NCBI GenBank assembly: GCA_949300345.1
Contig: CASGDR010000001.1
Location: forward strand, 131,835 to 195,834
Origin: an uncultured bacterium
GTDB lineage: Bacteria > Bacillota_I > Bacilli_A > RFN20 > CAG-826
Direction: 5' to 3'
DNA: 64,000 nt
Part shown: positions 38,266 through 48,119 of the stretch, piece after piece
Layout of the letters: each line of letters starts with the position of its first letter
Numbering within the stretch: position 1 is the stretch's first letter
Program-made: the position numbers and the translations under genes
The notes under the pieces: model-generated
What the model saw: the letters and a program-made list of their open reading frames with translations, nothing else
Told to the model about the DNA's origin: nothing
Databases searched by the model: none

Positions 38266-38395
38266 CCATAGCAAACAAAAACCCCGAACGGGTCGGGGGC
38301 GATTGCGGGTTTGCCTTCCTACTACGCTTTTGATACAGTGCACACCCCAAGGCAATTTACACGGCGTAAGGAAATAGTTTCAAACAATCCCCATT

Positions 38396-39004
38396 TTATC
38401 GGTATTTTCCGAAGAACTTCTCCTCTCCTGCCTTCCTTGCTTTGATGGCGTCCCTTTTATGCTTGAACCTGCCCAACAAATATGCCTTACGTTGGAACAT
38501 AATCTGAGCCACCCATAGCCCTCGCCGCCTATCGAAATGAACGCCCCTGACGCCGGACGTGTTGTTTCTGTTGAGCTTTCTGTCGGCCTTGGTTCCGCTC
38601 TTCATAGTCCCATCGACCAGTCCCCTATCTAGGTGAGGAAGGTTCGCCCTGTTCTCGTCGTTCTTGCATCCGCAGGAAACGGTCTCCCCGGTGGTAAGCT
38701 GTGAGGTCGCAACGTAGCAGACATTCCCGCAGTCGCACTGGCACCTCCAATAGTTCTTCCTGTTCTTGGCATAGGCAAACTCAAGGACGGTCAGCCTGCC
38801 GAATTTCTGGCCTGTGAGGTCTTTCCATCTGAATCTCCTGCAGCCACAGGATTTGACGTGGCCGGTATGGAGCTTGTTGATGTTGATCTCGATGATCTTT
38901 CCACAGACGCATCGGCATTTATAGATCTTGGTGGAATGATATTTCTTTCCCGTATCCTCAAGGACAGTCAGATAGCCATATTGCTTTCCGATTTCACTAT
39001 TCAT
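38396..39004 (-). CDS. AP2-domain DNA-binding protein with tandem CxxC zinc-ribbon repeats (phage/MGE-associated)
   Basis: 202 aa. It has two repeats of G(Y/R)LTVLE...C.C.CG and a C-terminal AP2-like SGVRGVHFDRRRGLWVAQI...LGRF. Confidence 0.6.
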   Translation of the reverse strand: MNSEIGKQYGYLTVLEDTGKKYHSTKIYKCRCVCGKIIEININKLHTGHVKSCGCRRFRWKDLTGQKFGRLTVLEFAYAKNRKNYWRCQCDCGNVCYVATSQLTTGETVSCGCKNDENRANLPHLDRGLVDGTMKSGTKADRKLNRNNTSGVRGVHFDRRRGLWVAQIMFQRKAYLLGRFKHKRDAIKARKAGEEKFFGKYR

Positions 39005-39017
39005 TCAGTCACCACAT

Positions 39018-39677
39018 CTATTGTCTTCTGGTCCACTTATATCTTGAATAGACCTCATTCACAGCTTCGATGTAGCAAATGAATGATGGATGATTATGGT
39101 CGTTCCTACTCAAATAGAGATTCTTTTTGTCAAGATAGCAGCCTCTTACTTCTTCCCATAAGTTATTGTCTTTAAGTGCTGCAGCCTTTTGTGATACTTC
39201 GCTTGAGTCAGGCACTTGATTCCAAAAATAATTGTCAGAGTCAGCAAACCCGGTTTTTTTGTGAATCAAGCGATACCAGTTACCATCATCATCCTTTGCA
39301 ATGATACAAACATCCATACTAAATTGGATGTCGGGATAATCATTAAAATGGCATGGATAAGTAGTTAAAGATGATGTTGAATCTTGGACGTCTCTGAGAT
39401 TTTGTTTTCTCATTACCTTGTTGAGGCACTTTCTTGCAGTTTCCTTTAGATATTGGCAGTCGTTGATATCCTCGCATTTCTGAATCAGAAGGTTGTAATC
39501 AAGATCGATGTCACCATTTTCATTTTGAGTGACCATGTTCCTTCCACCACTTCCAACTAATATAAATTGAGAACTAATGCCTTCCTCTTGTAATAAATGA
39601 ACCAACTCCTGCAAATCCTTAACACAGGAATTTTGAGCCCTTTTAAGAAAATTTTTGTCCTCTACAAAACGATACAT
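39018..39677 (-). CDS. Pol-beta-type nucleotidyltransferase-fold protein (GS...DxDxD), minimal NTase/SMODS-like
   Basis: 219 aa with LVGSGGRNMVTQNENGDIDLD and a downstream acidic MDVCII. The region is AT-rich. It lies 13 nt upstream of the AP2 gene. Confidence 0.55.
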   Translation of the reverse strand: MYRFVEDKNFLKRAQNSCVKDLQELVHLLQEEGISSQFILVGSGGRNMVTQNENGDIDLDYNLLIQKCEDINDCQYLKETARKCLNKVMRKQNLRDVQDSTSSLTTYPCHFNDYPDIQFSMDVCIIAKDDDGNWYRLIHKKTGFADSDNYFWNQVPDSSEVSQKAAALKDNNLWEEVRGCYLDKKNLYLSRNDHNHPSFICYIEAVNEVYSRYKWTRRQ

Positions 39678-39810
39678 ACTTAAAACCTCCTTAAGTGATA
39701 AATTTCCCCTAGCCGACCATCTGAAGTATGTATCTTTGCTTCAAATCATTAGATTTTATCATCGACATTCATCTTTGTCGATAATCTAGAATGTTTTCAT
39801 TCATTTTCAT

Positions 39811-39836
39811 AAAAAGACCGGGGATTTCACTCCCCA
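39811..39836 (-). terminator. Rho-independent terminator overlapping stop of serine recombinase
   Basis: On the minus strand, GGGGAGTGAAATCCCC is followed by GGTCTTTTTAT. Confidence 0.55.
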
Positions 39837-41407
39837 GCCTTGATGGTGGCCTCATAGCCGCAATAGAATCTGAACGTTATTGATTTGTCCCTATGGACGA
39901 TTGCCTTCTCCAGCGTGAAATTGAATATCGCCTCATCCCAGTCGAGCATTGCCTCGCCTTTTCGGAGCGTCGCAAGGAAGGCTTCGAGGTTCCCGGCTTT
40001 CAGCCTCTTCCCCTCCTTCTCGCCGATGAGTTTCTTGCATTCCTCTTCCTTCCTTTTGTATTCATCCTCGAGCTCTGCGTACTTTCTTCGCCAAACTGCT
40101 TGATCCTGCGGGCTTCTGGTGTTCATCTTCACCAGCAGGTTGAACTCCTTCGACATCTCCTCGAGTTCCTTTTTTAGCCCGCCGATGTCCGCATCGAGCT
40201 TGGAAGTGTCGGTAAGCAACGACATCGCGGCTTGGATGTCATCCATGACCGTCTCCTTGCCCGAAATCATCAGGTTGTAGGCTTTCATGAACCTTGCCTT
40301 TATGTCCTCTTCCTCCAGGTTCGGCGTATGGCATTTGTTCCTGAACTTGTCGTTGCACTGGATGATCTCCTTTTCATGGGGAGTCCCGGAATGCCACTTC
40401 TTCTTTCCGTAGTACCCGCCGCAGTCCTCGCATATCAGCCTGGCCGCAAAAGGGTTCTTGTACGAGTAGGAATAGCTAAGCTCCTTCCTTCTGTGGATTT
40501 CTATCTGCACCAGCTCCCAGTCCTCCTTCGGGATGATGGTCGGATGCGAATCATGAACATAGTATTGAGGGACCTCGCCTTCGTTCTTCTTCGTCCTGTG
40601 CTGGAGGAAGTCGACCACGAAGCTTTTCTGAAGGAGGGCGTCGCCTTTGTATTTCTCGTTCTGGAGTATGGAGAGGGCGGTCGTCTTCGTCCACTTCGTC
40701 TTCCCCTTCGGCGTCAGTATCCCGTCCTTCATCAAGTCGGAGCAGATCTTGCCGATGCTCTCGCCCTTGAGGAAGCGGTAGTAGATCCTCCTAACGGTTT
40801 CCGCCTCCTGCTCGTTTATCCTGATCTCGCCGTTCTCGCCCTTTTCGTACCCGAGGAAGGCTTTGTAAGGCATGCTTACCTTCCCGTCGGCGAATCTCTT
40901 TCTCTGCCCCCAAGTGACGTTTTGGGAGATTGACCTGCTTTCCTCCTGAGCCAAGCTCGACATGATGGTGATGAGGAGCTCGCCCTTGGAGTCGAAGGTG
41001 TTGATGTTCTCCTTCTCGAAATAGCACTCGACGTTGTGCTCCTTGAGCTTCCTTATGTTCACCAAGCTATCGACGGTGTTGCGGGCGAATCTGGATATGG
41101 ACTTGGTGATTATCAAATCGATCTTCCCGCCGAGGGCATCGTCGATCATCCTTTTGAAGCCTTCTCTCCTTTTGGTGTTGGTCCCGCTGATGCCTTCGTC
41201 CGTGTAGACGCCCACGAGTTCCCAATCGGGCCTTCTTTTGATGTAATTGGTGTAATAGTCCACTTGGGCCTCATAGGAGGTCTGCTGCTCCTCTTGGTCT
41301 GTCGAGACGCGGGCGTAGGCGGCAACCTTCCTCTTCCTTAAGCTGCCTTGGGGAAGCCTGGTCAATGGATTTATGGTTGGCTCAATCTTGGTTATCGTTC
41401 TTGCCAT
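39827..41407 (-). CDS. Large serine recombinase (resolvase/recombinase/zinc-ribbon/coiled-coil), CcrB-sized
   Basis: 526 to 536 aa. N-terminal resolvase domain AAYARVSTDQ...Y with a catalytic Ser, a recombinase domain, a Cys zinc ribbon and a C-terminal coiled coil. The ORF extends to 41437. Start placed at MARTITK (41407). Confidence 0.8.
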   Translation of the reverse strand: MARTITKIEPTINPLTRLPQGSLRKRKVAAYARVSTDQEEQQTSYEAQVDYYTNYIKRRPDWELVGVYTDEGISGTNTKRREGFKRMIDDALGGKIDLIITKSISRFARNTVDSLVNIRKLKEHNVECYFEKENINTFDSKGELLITIMSSLAQEESRSISQNVTWGQRKRFADGKVSMPYKAFLGYEKGENGEIRINEQEAETVRRIYYRFLKGESIGKICSDLMKDGILTPKGKTKWTKTTALSILQNEKYKGDALLQKSFVVDFLQHRTKKNEGEVPQYYVHDSHPTIIPKEDWELVQIEIHRRKELSYSYSYKNPFAARLICEDCGGYYGKKKWHSGTPHEKEIIQCNDKFRNKCHTPNLEEEDIKARFMKAYNLMISGKETVMDDIQAAMSLLTDTSKLDADIGGLKKELEEMSKEFNLLVKMNTRSPQDQAVWRRKYAELEDEYKRKEEECKKLIGEKEGKRLKAGNLEAFLATLRKGEAMLDWDEAIFNFTLEKAIVHRDKSITFRFYCGYEATIKAGE

Positions 41408-42692
41408 ATAGCCTTTCCAGCTCCCTTCTTCTGGCATCTTCTTTCATCTCAGGTGTCCACGAATCCTTTCTCGACTTGAATTCGAAGTGCAGCGTCTTGA
41501 TGCTTCCGTCCATGAAGACGAAATCGACGTCCTTGCTTTCGTGGACGACTATCCTGTCTATCTTCTCCTTGAACGCCTTCTCGTCGAACTCCTTTATGCC
41601 CAACGCTTGGTTCGTCAGCTCGTAAAGGGTGTCTTCCCTAAGGGCGAGCGTCTGGCGGCATGCCGACTTCGAGAGGACGCTCATCGTCCCGCACGCCCAG
41701 AAGGTCCTGTATTTCGAATTCTTCCTCACGTAGTTCTTCCCGCATGTGGCGCACTTCAACTTCTTGGTGAAGGGGCTCAGGTTGTTGTTCGGTCCATAGC
41801 GGACCGGCCTTCTTTTCTCCATCAGCTCCTGCGCCCTGAGGAATTCCTCTTTGCCGACTATTGCATCGTGGTCCTCCGCGACCTTGTAAAGTGAGTATTT
41901 CCCAATATTCGCCTTGCAGTGCTCGTTTATGCCGCAAGAATACCTCCCCAGGACCAGCTCCCCTGTATAGGTCGGGTTCCTGAGTATCCATCTAACGGTG
42001 CTCTCCCTCCAAATGGATCCCATGGGCGAGGGGATCCCGTCCCCGTTGAGCCTCCTGGCAATCTTCTGGGTGCCGACGCCCTGTTTGGCGTACTCATCGA
42101 ATATCCTCCTTACTACCTTCGCTTCCTCCTCCTTGATTTCGTATCTTCCGTTCACCACCTTGTATCCGAAGAAATCGTGGAGCCCCCAGACCTTGCCTTC
42201 CTCGAAGAACTTGCCTACTTTCCACCTTACGTTGTTGGACATCGACACGACCTCCTCCTCGGCAAAACCTGCCAATAGGGAAAGCATCAGTTCCCCGTCC
42301 ACGCTCATCGAATGCATGTTCTGCTCCTCGAAGTAGACGTCGACGTTGAGCTTTTTTAGAAGCCTCGTCGTCTCCAAAAGCAGCATGGTGTTCCTCGCGA
42401 ACCTCGATATCGATTTGGTGACGATCATGTCGATTCTGCCCTGCTTGCAGTCCTCGATCATTCGATTGAATTCCGGTCTGTTGGCCTTGGTCCCGCTTAT
42501 CCCCTCGTCGGCGTAGATCCCGGCGAACATCCAGTCGGGGTTGCTTGATATGTAGTCCTGGTAATAGGACACCTGCGCCACAAATGAATGGAGGGTGGCG
42601 TCCTTGCTTACGGAGACCCTGCAATAGGCGGCAACCTTCTTCTTGCTCGGAAGGGTTGGCTTGGCTTTGATCTTCACTATTTGCCTATCCAT
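41382..42692 (-). CDS. Large serine recombinase (CcrA-sized), overlapping the downstream recombinase gene
   Basis: 436 aa with a resolvase N-terminus AAYCRVSVSKD, a recombinase domain and a zinc ribbon CATCGK. Confidence 0.8.
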   Translation of the reverse strand: MDRQIVKIKAKPTLPSKKKVAAYCRVSVSKDATLHSFVAQVSYYQDYISSNPDWMFAGIYADEGISGTKANRPEFNRMIEDCKQGRIDMIVTKSISRFARNTMLLLETTRLLKKLNVDVYFEEQNMHSMSVDGELMLSLLAGFAEEEVVSMSNNVRWKVGKFFEEGKVWGLHDFFGYKVVNGRYEIKEEEAKVVRRIFDEYAKQGVGTQKIARRLNGDGIPSPMGSIWRESTVRWILRNPTYTGELVLGRYSCGINEHCKANIGKYSLYKVAEDHDAIVGKEEFLRAQELMEKRRPVRYGPNNNLSPFTKKLKCATCGKNYVRKNSKYRTFWACGTMSVLSKSACRQTLALREDTLYELTNQALGIKEFDEKAFKEKIDRIVVHESKDVDFVFMDGSIKTLHFEFKSRKDSWTPEMKEDARRRELERLYGKNDNQD

Positions 42693-42732
42693 TTTGTAAG
42701 CCTCCTTTCATTCCATACATCGCTCTTTTCGC

Positions 42733-42918
42733 CTAGGTATTCAACCCATATAGGCGATAAACGCTGCCTGTTTTGATATGGTGCCTCTTGGCGATCTCCT
42801 TCTCGGCGACGATGTACTCCCTTTCGTCCAAAAGACCCCTTTTCTGCATGGTTTTCAACACGAAAACGGCGGTGAGGTAGCTTTGGGCGTCAACCTGGTA
42901 TTCCGCCAAATCACGCAT
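42733..42918 (-). CDS. Small hypothetical protein (approximately 62 aa) in recombinase leader
   Basis: Start at the internal Met MRDLAEYQVD. The upstream part of ORF 42733..43161 overlaps the next gene and has an R/S-rich, junk-like composition. Confidence 0.35.
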   Translation of the reverse strand: MRDLAEYQVDAQSYLTAVFVLKTMQKRGLLDEREYIVAEKEIAKRHHIKTGSVYRLYGLNT

Positions 42919-43210
42919 CGCCACCACCGCCTTTTTCCGCCTTGGCCTCCTGCTTTCTCCTTTCGTTCCACCAGGAATATTTGCATCCATGGGAGCAGAA
43001 GACTTGGTTAATGTGCCTCCTGTCGAGGACGAACGGCTTCCCGCATCTTCTGCAGTATCGGACCAGCCCCGCCGTATCCCTGTCCATGACGTTCCTCTTG
43101 CAGAAGGAAGCCACTGTGTTCTTTGAAATCCCCAAAAGGAAGGCGATCCTCTTGTAGCCAAGCCCCGCTTTGCGGTATTCGACGATCTTCCTCTCGTTTT
43201 CTCTTTCCAT
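42911..43210 (-). CDS. Sigma-70 region-4-like HTH protein with C-terminal zinc ribbon
   Basis: About 100 aa with the HTH YKRIAFLLGISKNTVASFCKRN followed by CRRCGKPF...CSHGC. Confidence 0.5.
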   Translation of the reverse strand: MERENERKIVEYRKAGLGYKRIAFLLGISKNTVASFCKRNVMDRDTAGLVRYCRRCGKPFVLDRRHINQVFCSHGCKYSWWNERRKQEAKAEKGGGGDA

Positions 43211-43239
43211 GCGAATCACCTCAACATACTGGAGAAAAC

Positions 43240-43668
43240 TCACCCTCTTTGATGGGGGTCGCCGAACAGCTTCACGTATTTTTTCTTCAGCTGCTCCTTC
43301 GTTTCGTGGACGGACTTGAAATCGACGTTCTCTATCCTGGCGACTTCCCTTTCGCTATGCCCTTCCTCGAAAAGCCTGTACCTTCTTAGCTGAACCGGCG
43401 TCAAAGAGGACAGGAACAGCTCGTATTTCCTCTGCTGTTCTTCCCTCTCCTCCTTCTTCAAAGCCGCCTCCAATGGGTCCGGGTCATTGGATTTGAACGT
43501 CTCGCCCTCGTAATCGGCATCGTCAAGGCTGAACGCCACATGGTATTTGTATCTTTGGTTGCTGGCGTCCTCTTCCCTGTCCAAAGAGACCATGAGTTCG
43601 CCGATTCGGTCGTCAACGTCTACGATATCGACGACGCGACCATCCAAGTCTTTTAACTTGATCTTCAT
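43240..43668 (-). CDS. Sigma-70 region-4/LuxR-like HTH regulatory protein
   Basis: About 143 aa from MKIKLKDLDG, with a C-terminal HTH LTPVQLRRYRLFEEGHSEREVARIENV. The ORF upstream extension is P/G-rich and unlikely to be coding. Confidence 0.45.
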   Translation of the reverse strand: MKIKLKDLDGRVVDIVDVDDRIGELMVSLDREEDASNQRYKYHVAFSLDDADYEGETFKSNDPDPLEAALKKEEREEQQRKYELFLSSLTPVQLRRYRLFEEGHSEREVARIENVDFKSVHETKEQLKKKYVKLFGDPHQRG

Positions 43669-44071
43669 TGAAAAAACCTCCATTCGGTTGGGAAATGGAG
43701 GCTTTCCTTCCGGTCCCTCTGGGCACGCTAAAGAGGCGGGCAACGGGAATGGAATGAGGCTTCCATTTCGTGTTGCACCTGGCCCCTTACGAGGGTTCGG
43801 ATGCTTCGACAATGCGCCGGCGTAAGTGCCATGGATCCGACGGCTTCCAGAGCCGGTTTCCCGGCTGGCAAGAACAGGTTATCTTCTGGAGTCTGCCATC
43901 AAAATTCCGCGGACACACGCAAGCACACGCAAATCCACACGCAGCCAAAAAGCTGATGAACAAGAGAGGGAAATCGAAGCAAAAAGCCGCACGCATTCGG
44001 CATAGTTTTTTGGCCTATGTCTTTTGCGTGTAGTTGCAAAAGCCGTGCGCTATAATGGTTAATGGTAAGAA

Positions 44072-45532
44072 ATGATGAGATTCAACCTGGACTTTCTGAC
44101 GGTATTCACCCTGGTAAAGCAATCCCTGACGAACGACTTGTCGGAGAACGAGATTTACAGGCGCCTGATATGCCTCGGCAACGAAAATCTGGACGGAAAG
44201 AACGACCCCCATCGTCACATAACAGGTGAAACGCAGATCAATGGGTCCAGAAACTCGTCCATCATAGGCAAATCTTCGATTGAGGTAATGGCCCGCTCAT
44301 ATGACTCGCTTTTCAGCGATTATATGAGCGTCTCCACGCGGAAGCGGATGGTATCCGTTCTCAAGGAAATACTGAAATCGTGCAACTGGCCCGACCCAGA
44401 ATTGGAAATAGGTGAAGGCAGCGGATTTACGCTCGAATCGGTCATCAACGGGAAGAGCTTTTGCTTCCCCTACCTCCTTGCGGCTTTGGTTAAATTCACG
44501 GTGCCAAGGGAAAACCCGCACAGGAAAGACTTCAAGGAATACCGCGTCACTGTCGTCGACTGCTACAACAGCGCGCCGGATGAGAACCTGGATTTGGTTC
44601 CGATCGACCTTGCGCTCCCCCGCGAAAAGGACACTTCGAGAATCGACGGAGCCGAATTCCGGAGGTTCTTCACGGAGGTGAATTCCGAGAAGTTTCCGGA
44701 GCAGTTCAAAGGCGCGGGCGACGTGAAGATTTTTCGTCTGAACATCAGGAACTCCCGGTTCGACTACGAAGGCCTCTCGGGATTCCTCGAGGAGAACATC
44801 GAGCATTATGTGATGAGCTCGCTCGAGGAAAAGTCCTACTATGACGAGCAGAGGACAAAGCATCTCACGCACGACGCAATAAAGAGGTTCGCGGCCTCCG
44901 CTTCCGGCAAAGACCTCCGCGAAGTTTATTCGCGGCTCATGCTTTACGTCTTCATGGAAGGCGGCCTCGGCGCGCCGAAGATATTCAACGCCGTCGAGAT
45001 AAAGGACAAGAACATTAGGAGCGACGGTGTTTACTACCTGCGAAAAGGGGTTATTTCCGACAAGCCTATGCTCATCCTCGGCGCATCGCAAACCTTCCCG
45101 ACGCTGGATGAGGCCATGGAAAACGGGCTTGCCCAAATCGACGTGATTTCGAGAGAGCAGGACAAGATGCTGTCTTTCATAAACCCCGCGTTCCTACGGA
45201 TGAGATTCGAGCAAGATGATCTCTCCTACATAGTCGACCGTCTCATAAAAGCGGAAGGAATTCTACAGAACGACGCGGCGTTCGGAGTGTTCCTCTCCTA
45301 TTCGCTCGATGAGTCGAACGATGGCAACTTATCCTCTAACGAGTTCAGGCAGAAAGTAGAGGAAAGAATGGAAAGGGACATAGCCGATGCGGTTCCCATG
45401 ATTTACGCGAAGATCAAGGAGCACGGGCTGCAAAACTATGGTTTCTTCGTGTTCGTCCTTCCCCTAACGAACGTGGAGACTGACGCCGAGAAGGTAATAC
45501 GCGGATTCGCCGGAGGAGAAATGAATGGCTAA
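44072..45532 (+). CDS. Unknown 486 aa protein, first gene of helicase/nuclease module (candidate HamA/DUF1837-like, unverified)
   Basis: No signal peptide and no recognised canonical motif. There is a possible restriction-endonuclease-like E...ExK segment, LYVFMEGG...NAVEIKDK. It overlaps the downstream helicase gene by 8 nt. Confidence 0.5.
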   Translation: MMRFNLDFLTVFTLVKQSLTNDLSENEIYRRLICLGNENLDGKNDPHRHITGETQINGSRNSSIIGKSSIEVMARSYDSLFSDYMSVSTRKRMVSVLKEILKSCNWPDPELEIGEGSGFTLESVINGKSFCFPYLLAALVKFTVPRENPHRKDFKEYRVTVVDCYNSAPDENLDLVPIDLALPREKDTSRIDGAEFRRFFTEVNSEKFPEQFKGAGDVKIFRLNIRNSRFDYEGLSGFLEENIEHYVMSSLEEKSYYDEQRTKHLTHDAIKRFAASASGKDLREVYSRLMLYVFMEGGLGAPKIFNAVEIKDKNIRSDGVYYLRKGVISDKPMLILGASQTFPTLDEAMENGLAQIDVISREQDKMLSFINPAFLRMRFEQDDLSYIVDRLIKAEGILQNDAAFGVFLSYSLDESNDGNLSSNEFRQKVEERMERDIADAVPMIYAKIKEHGLQNYGFFVFVLPLTNVETDAEKVIRGFAGGEMNG

Positions 45533-48110
45533 CCGCGTCCAAGAGATTCTTTTCCCTCGGCTAGAAGCAAGCCCCGTACTGAAACTACTTTTCTCTAAGC
45601 TTCTACAGGCCTACACAAGACTTAATTTCGGGATGGCACCGCCATCATTTGCCGAAAAGGAGATTAACCAGCTCATATCGTTCGCAAGCCTGCTCTCCAA
45701 ATCGAACGATTCCGGCCAAAAGGTCATATCCGAGCAAATCGTGGCACTGCTCGGAAAGCTCTACCCCGCCTCGGAAAGCATCAGGAAAGCCAAGGCGGAA
45801 GTGCTTTCCTCATGCACAAACTACGTCGGGATGAAGGTGGAAAAAATGGAGGGAAGGAGCGACGACGTATTCCAGGAAATCAGCTCGGAAATCCAAATGG
45901 AATCGCTGAAGATTCCGTTTCAGGACGGCAAGTTCTTCATAGACGACCAAAAGGAGATATTCGACAGCTTCGAGAAATACCAATTCGTCAGCTACTCCGC
46001 CCCCACGTCGCTTGGGAAATCGTTCGTAATGAGGATCTACCTCAAATACAAGGTTGCCAGCGGATACCGAGGAAACTTCGCGATAATCGTCCCAACAAAG
46101 GCCCTCATCAACGAGATGAGGAACAGCGTCGTCGAAGAGGACCTGAAGGACCTTCTCCGGAAGATGCACTACAGGGAGGTTTCGTCGGTCAACGAGGTAT
46201 TCGTCACCGAAGACAAGGAATCGAAGTTCATCTTCATAGTGACACCGGAGAGGCTCCACTATCTCCTCAACAGCACCGACATAGCCATCGACTGCTGCTT
46301 CGTCGACGAGTCATACAAGATATCGGAGCCCGACTCAAGGAGCCTCTACTACTATCAGGCAATAAACCAGCTCCTTGCTCGGAACCCTAAGACGAAAATA
46401 TTCTTCTCGTCCCCGAACATACCGAACCCCGAAGTCTATCTCGAAACGATAAAGGCGCCCGGGACAAGATACAGGAAGGCGACCGGGTACTCGCCCGTCA
46501 GCCAGATCAAGTACCTCATCTCGCTGAAGGAAAAAGACCGGCCAATCAAGGTGTTCAACGACCTCACCCAGGTGTTGGAGGACACGGGCATGACGAACCC
46601 GTCCACGAACATCAACGACATAATATCCACGCTGAAGACGAAGGGCGGGAACATCGTCTATTGCTCAGGGAAGGACAAGACCGTTGAGCTTGCCCTGCAA
46701 TATGCCAATTTCCTGCCCGCCTTCCAGCCCAGCACGCCTGAGGAAAGGGAAAATCAGGAAAAGCTTGACGCCCTGGCTAAGAGCATCGAGCAGGACATCC
46801 ACGAGGATTACTACCTCGCCGCTCTCATGCGAAAGGGCGTCGCCTACCACGTCGGCTACCTGCCGAATTCGCTCAGGAACAGCATAGAGAAGGCGTTCAA
46901 GACCGGGCTCATAAAGACCATCTTCTGCACGAGCACCCTAATGGAGGGGGTCAACCTCCCCGCGGACAACCTCTTCGTGACGAGCACGAGGAATGGCTCA
47001 GAGGCCATGTCTCCGACTGCGTTCAAAAACCTCCTCGGTAGGATTGGAAGGATCAATTACAGTCTTTTCGGGAACGTCTACCTCTTAGTCATCCCTCGCT
47101 ATGCCAATGCCGAAAAGTACGAGGAGCTGCTCACGTCAAAGGTCGAACCACAAAAACTGTCGCTCGATAAGATAGTCACGGACGGGTCGATCGTCGACCA
47201 CATCAGCGACGATGCATATTTCTTCGGACGCGAGGACGAGGACCAGACGAAAAGGATAGCGGCCAACATCTACATAAACGACGTTAAGAATGGCACGGAA
47301 TCACTCATCAGGGAAAGGGTCGACTCAAAAAGCGAGGAGACATTGGTTGACAAGGCTATAAGGAAAATCGAATTGCTGGAAACATCGGAAAGCATAGACA
47401 TCTCACCGGACCAGCACGTGAGCCTCAAAAAGTACATAGAAAACGGCGGCCATTACCCCGATCCCGTGAACGGCCGGTTTGAACACAGCGACGTCTGGCG
47501 CTTCCTCAACGAGCTTTCGGACATTTATAAATGGGACAAGTACGAGTTCGAGACACTTAAGAACGGCAATTCGAACTCGTATTTCGCGACCGTCCTCTCC
47601 CAGTGGATGAGCGGACTCAAAGTAAAGGAAATCGTCGACCGATCGATAGAGAGCAAGAAAAAGAACCCATATGACGCGATCTTCGACAGAAAGCTCCACA
47701 TGAAGGTCGATTACATCGGCACGGTCGAGCAAAACAACATAATCATCAACGACACGCTCAGGACGATTGAGCAAACAATCCTTTTCACCATAGCGAACTA
47801 CTTCAGAGAGTTTTCGAGGGAATACAAGAACTTCCACCACCTGGAATATTTCGACAACGACTGGTACGAGTACGTAGAGTTTGGAACCAGCAACCCAATA
47901 ACCATCGCACTTCAAAGGAACGGATACATCCGCGAAACGGCCAAATGGATACACGAAAACGATTCAAAGTACCATCTGATCGATCAAACCCGCCGATGCA
48001 AATTCGCTCCATTCACCTTAGACCTCGACAACCTTTTGAAATGCGGCGAGCAGAAAGTAATTGAAGAGACGCTCGTCATCAAACTAAATGTCCCAGAGCT
48101 TTTTAGATAG
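45525..48110 (+). CDS. SF2 (Ski2/DExH-like) helicase, candidate HamB-like
   Basis: 861 aa with motif I SAPTSLGKSF, motif II CFVDESYK (DESY in place of DExH), a motif VI-like LLGRIGRIN, and FCTSTLMEGVNLP. Confidence 0.65.
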   Translation: MANRVQEILFPRLEASPVLKLLFSKLLQAYTRLNFGMAPPSFAEKEINQLISFASLLSKSNDSGQKVISEQIVALLGKLYPASESIRKAKAEVLSSCTNYVGMKVEKMEGRSDDVFQEISSEIQMESLKIPFQDGKFFIDDQKEIFDSFEKYQFVSYSAPTSLGKSFVMRIYLKYKVASGYRGNFAIIVPTKALINEMRNSVVEEDLKDLLRKMHYREVSSVNEVFVTEDKESKFIFIVTPERLHYLLNSTDIAIDCCFVDESYKISEPDSRSLYYYQAINQLLARNPKTKIFFSSPNIPNPEVYLETIKAPGTRYRKATGYSPVSQIKYLISLKEKDRPIKVFNDLTQVLEDTGMTNPSTNINDIISTLKTKGGNIVYCSGKDKTVELALQYANFLPAFQPSTPEERENQEKLDALAKSIEQDIHEDYYLAALMRKGVAYHVGYLPNSLRNSIEKAFKTGLIKTIFCTSTLMEGVNLPADNLFVTSTRNGSEAMSPTAFKNLLGRIGRINYSLFGNVYLLVIPRYANAEKYEELLTSKVEPQKLSLDKIVTDGSIVDHISDDAYFFGREDEDQTKRIAANIYINDVKNGTESLIRERVDSKSEETLVDKAIRKIELLETSESIDISPDQHVSLKKYIENGGHYPDPVNGRFEHSDVWRFLNELSDIYKWDKYEFETLKNGNSNSYFATVLSQWMSGLKVKEIVDRSIESKKKNPYDAIFDRKLHMKVDYIGTVEQNNIIINDTLRTIEQTILFTIANYFREFSREYKNFHHLEYFDNDWYEYVEFGTSNPITIALQRNGYIRETAKWIHENDSKYHLIDQTRRCKFAPFTLDLDNLLKCGEQKVIEETLVIKLNVPELFR

Positions 48111-48119
48111 GAGGATACC

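Noticed and set aside
38266-38330. Hairpin CCCCGA-ACGGG-TCGGGG after TrmH-like gene as terminator or att site
   Set aside because: The stem is only 6 bp with no following T-run. It cannot be distinguished from chance and the attachment site is undefined.
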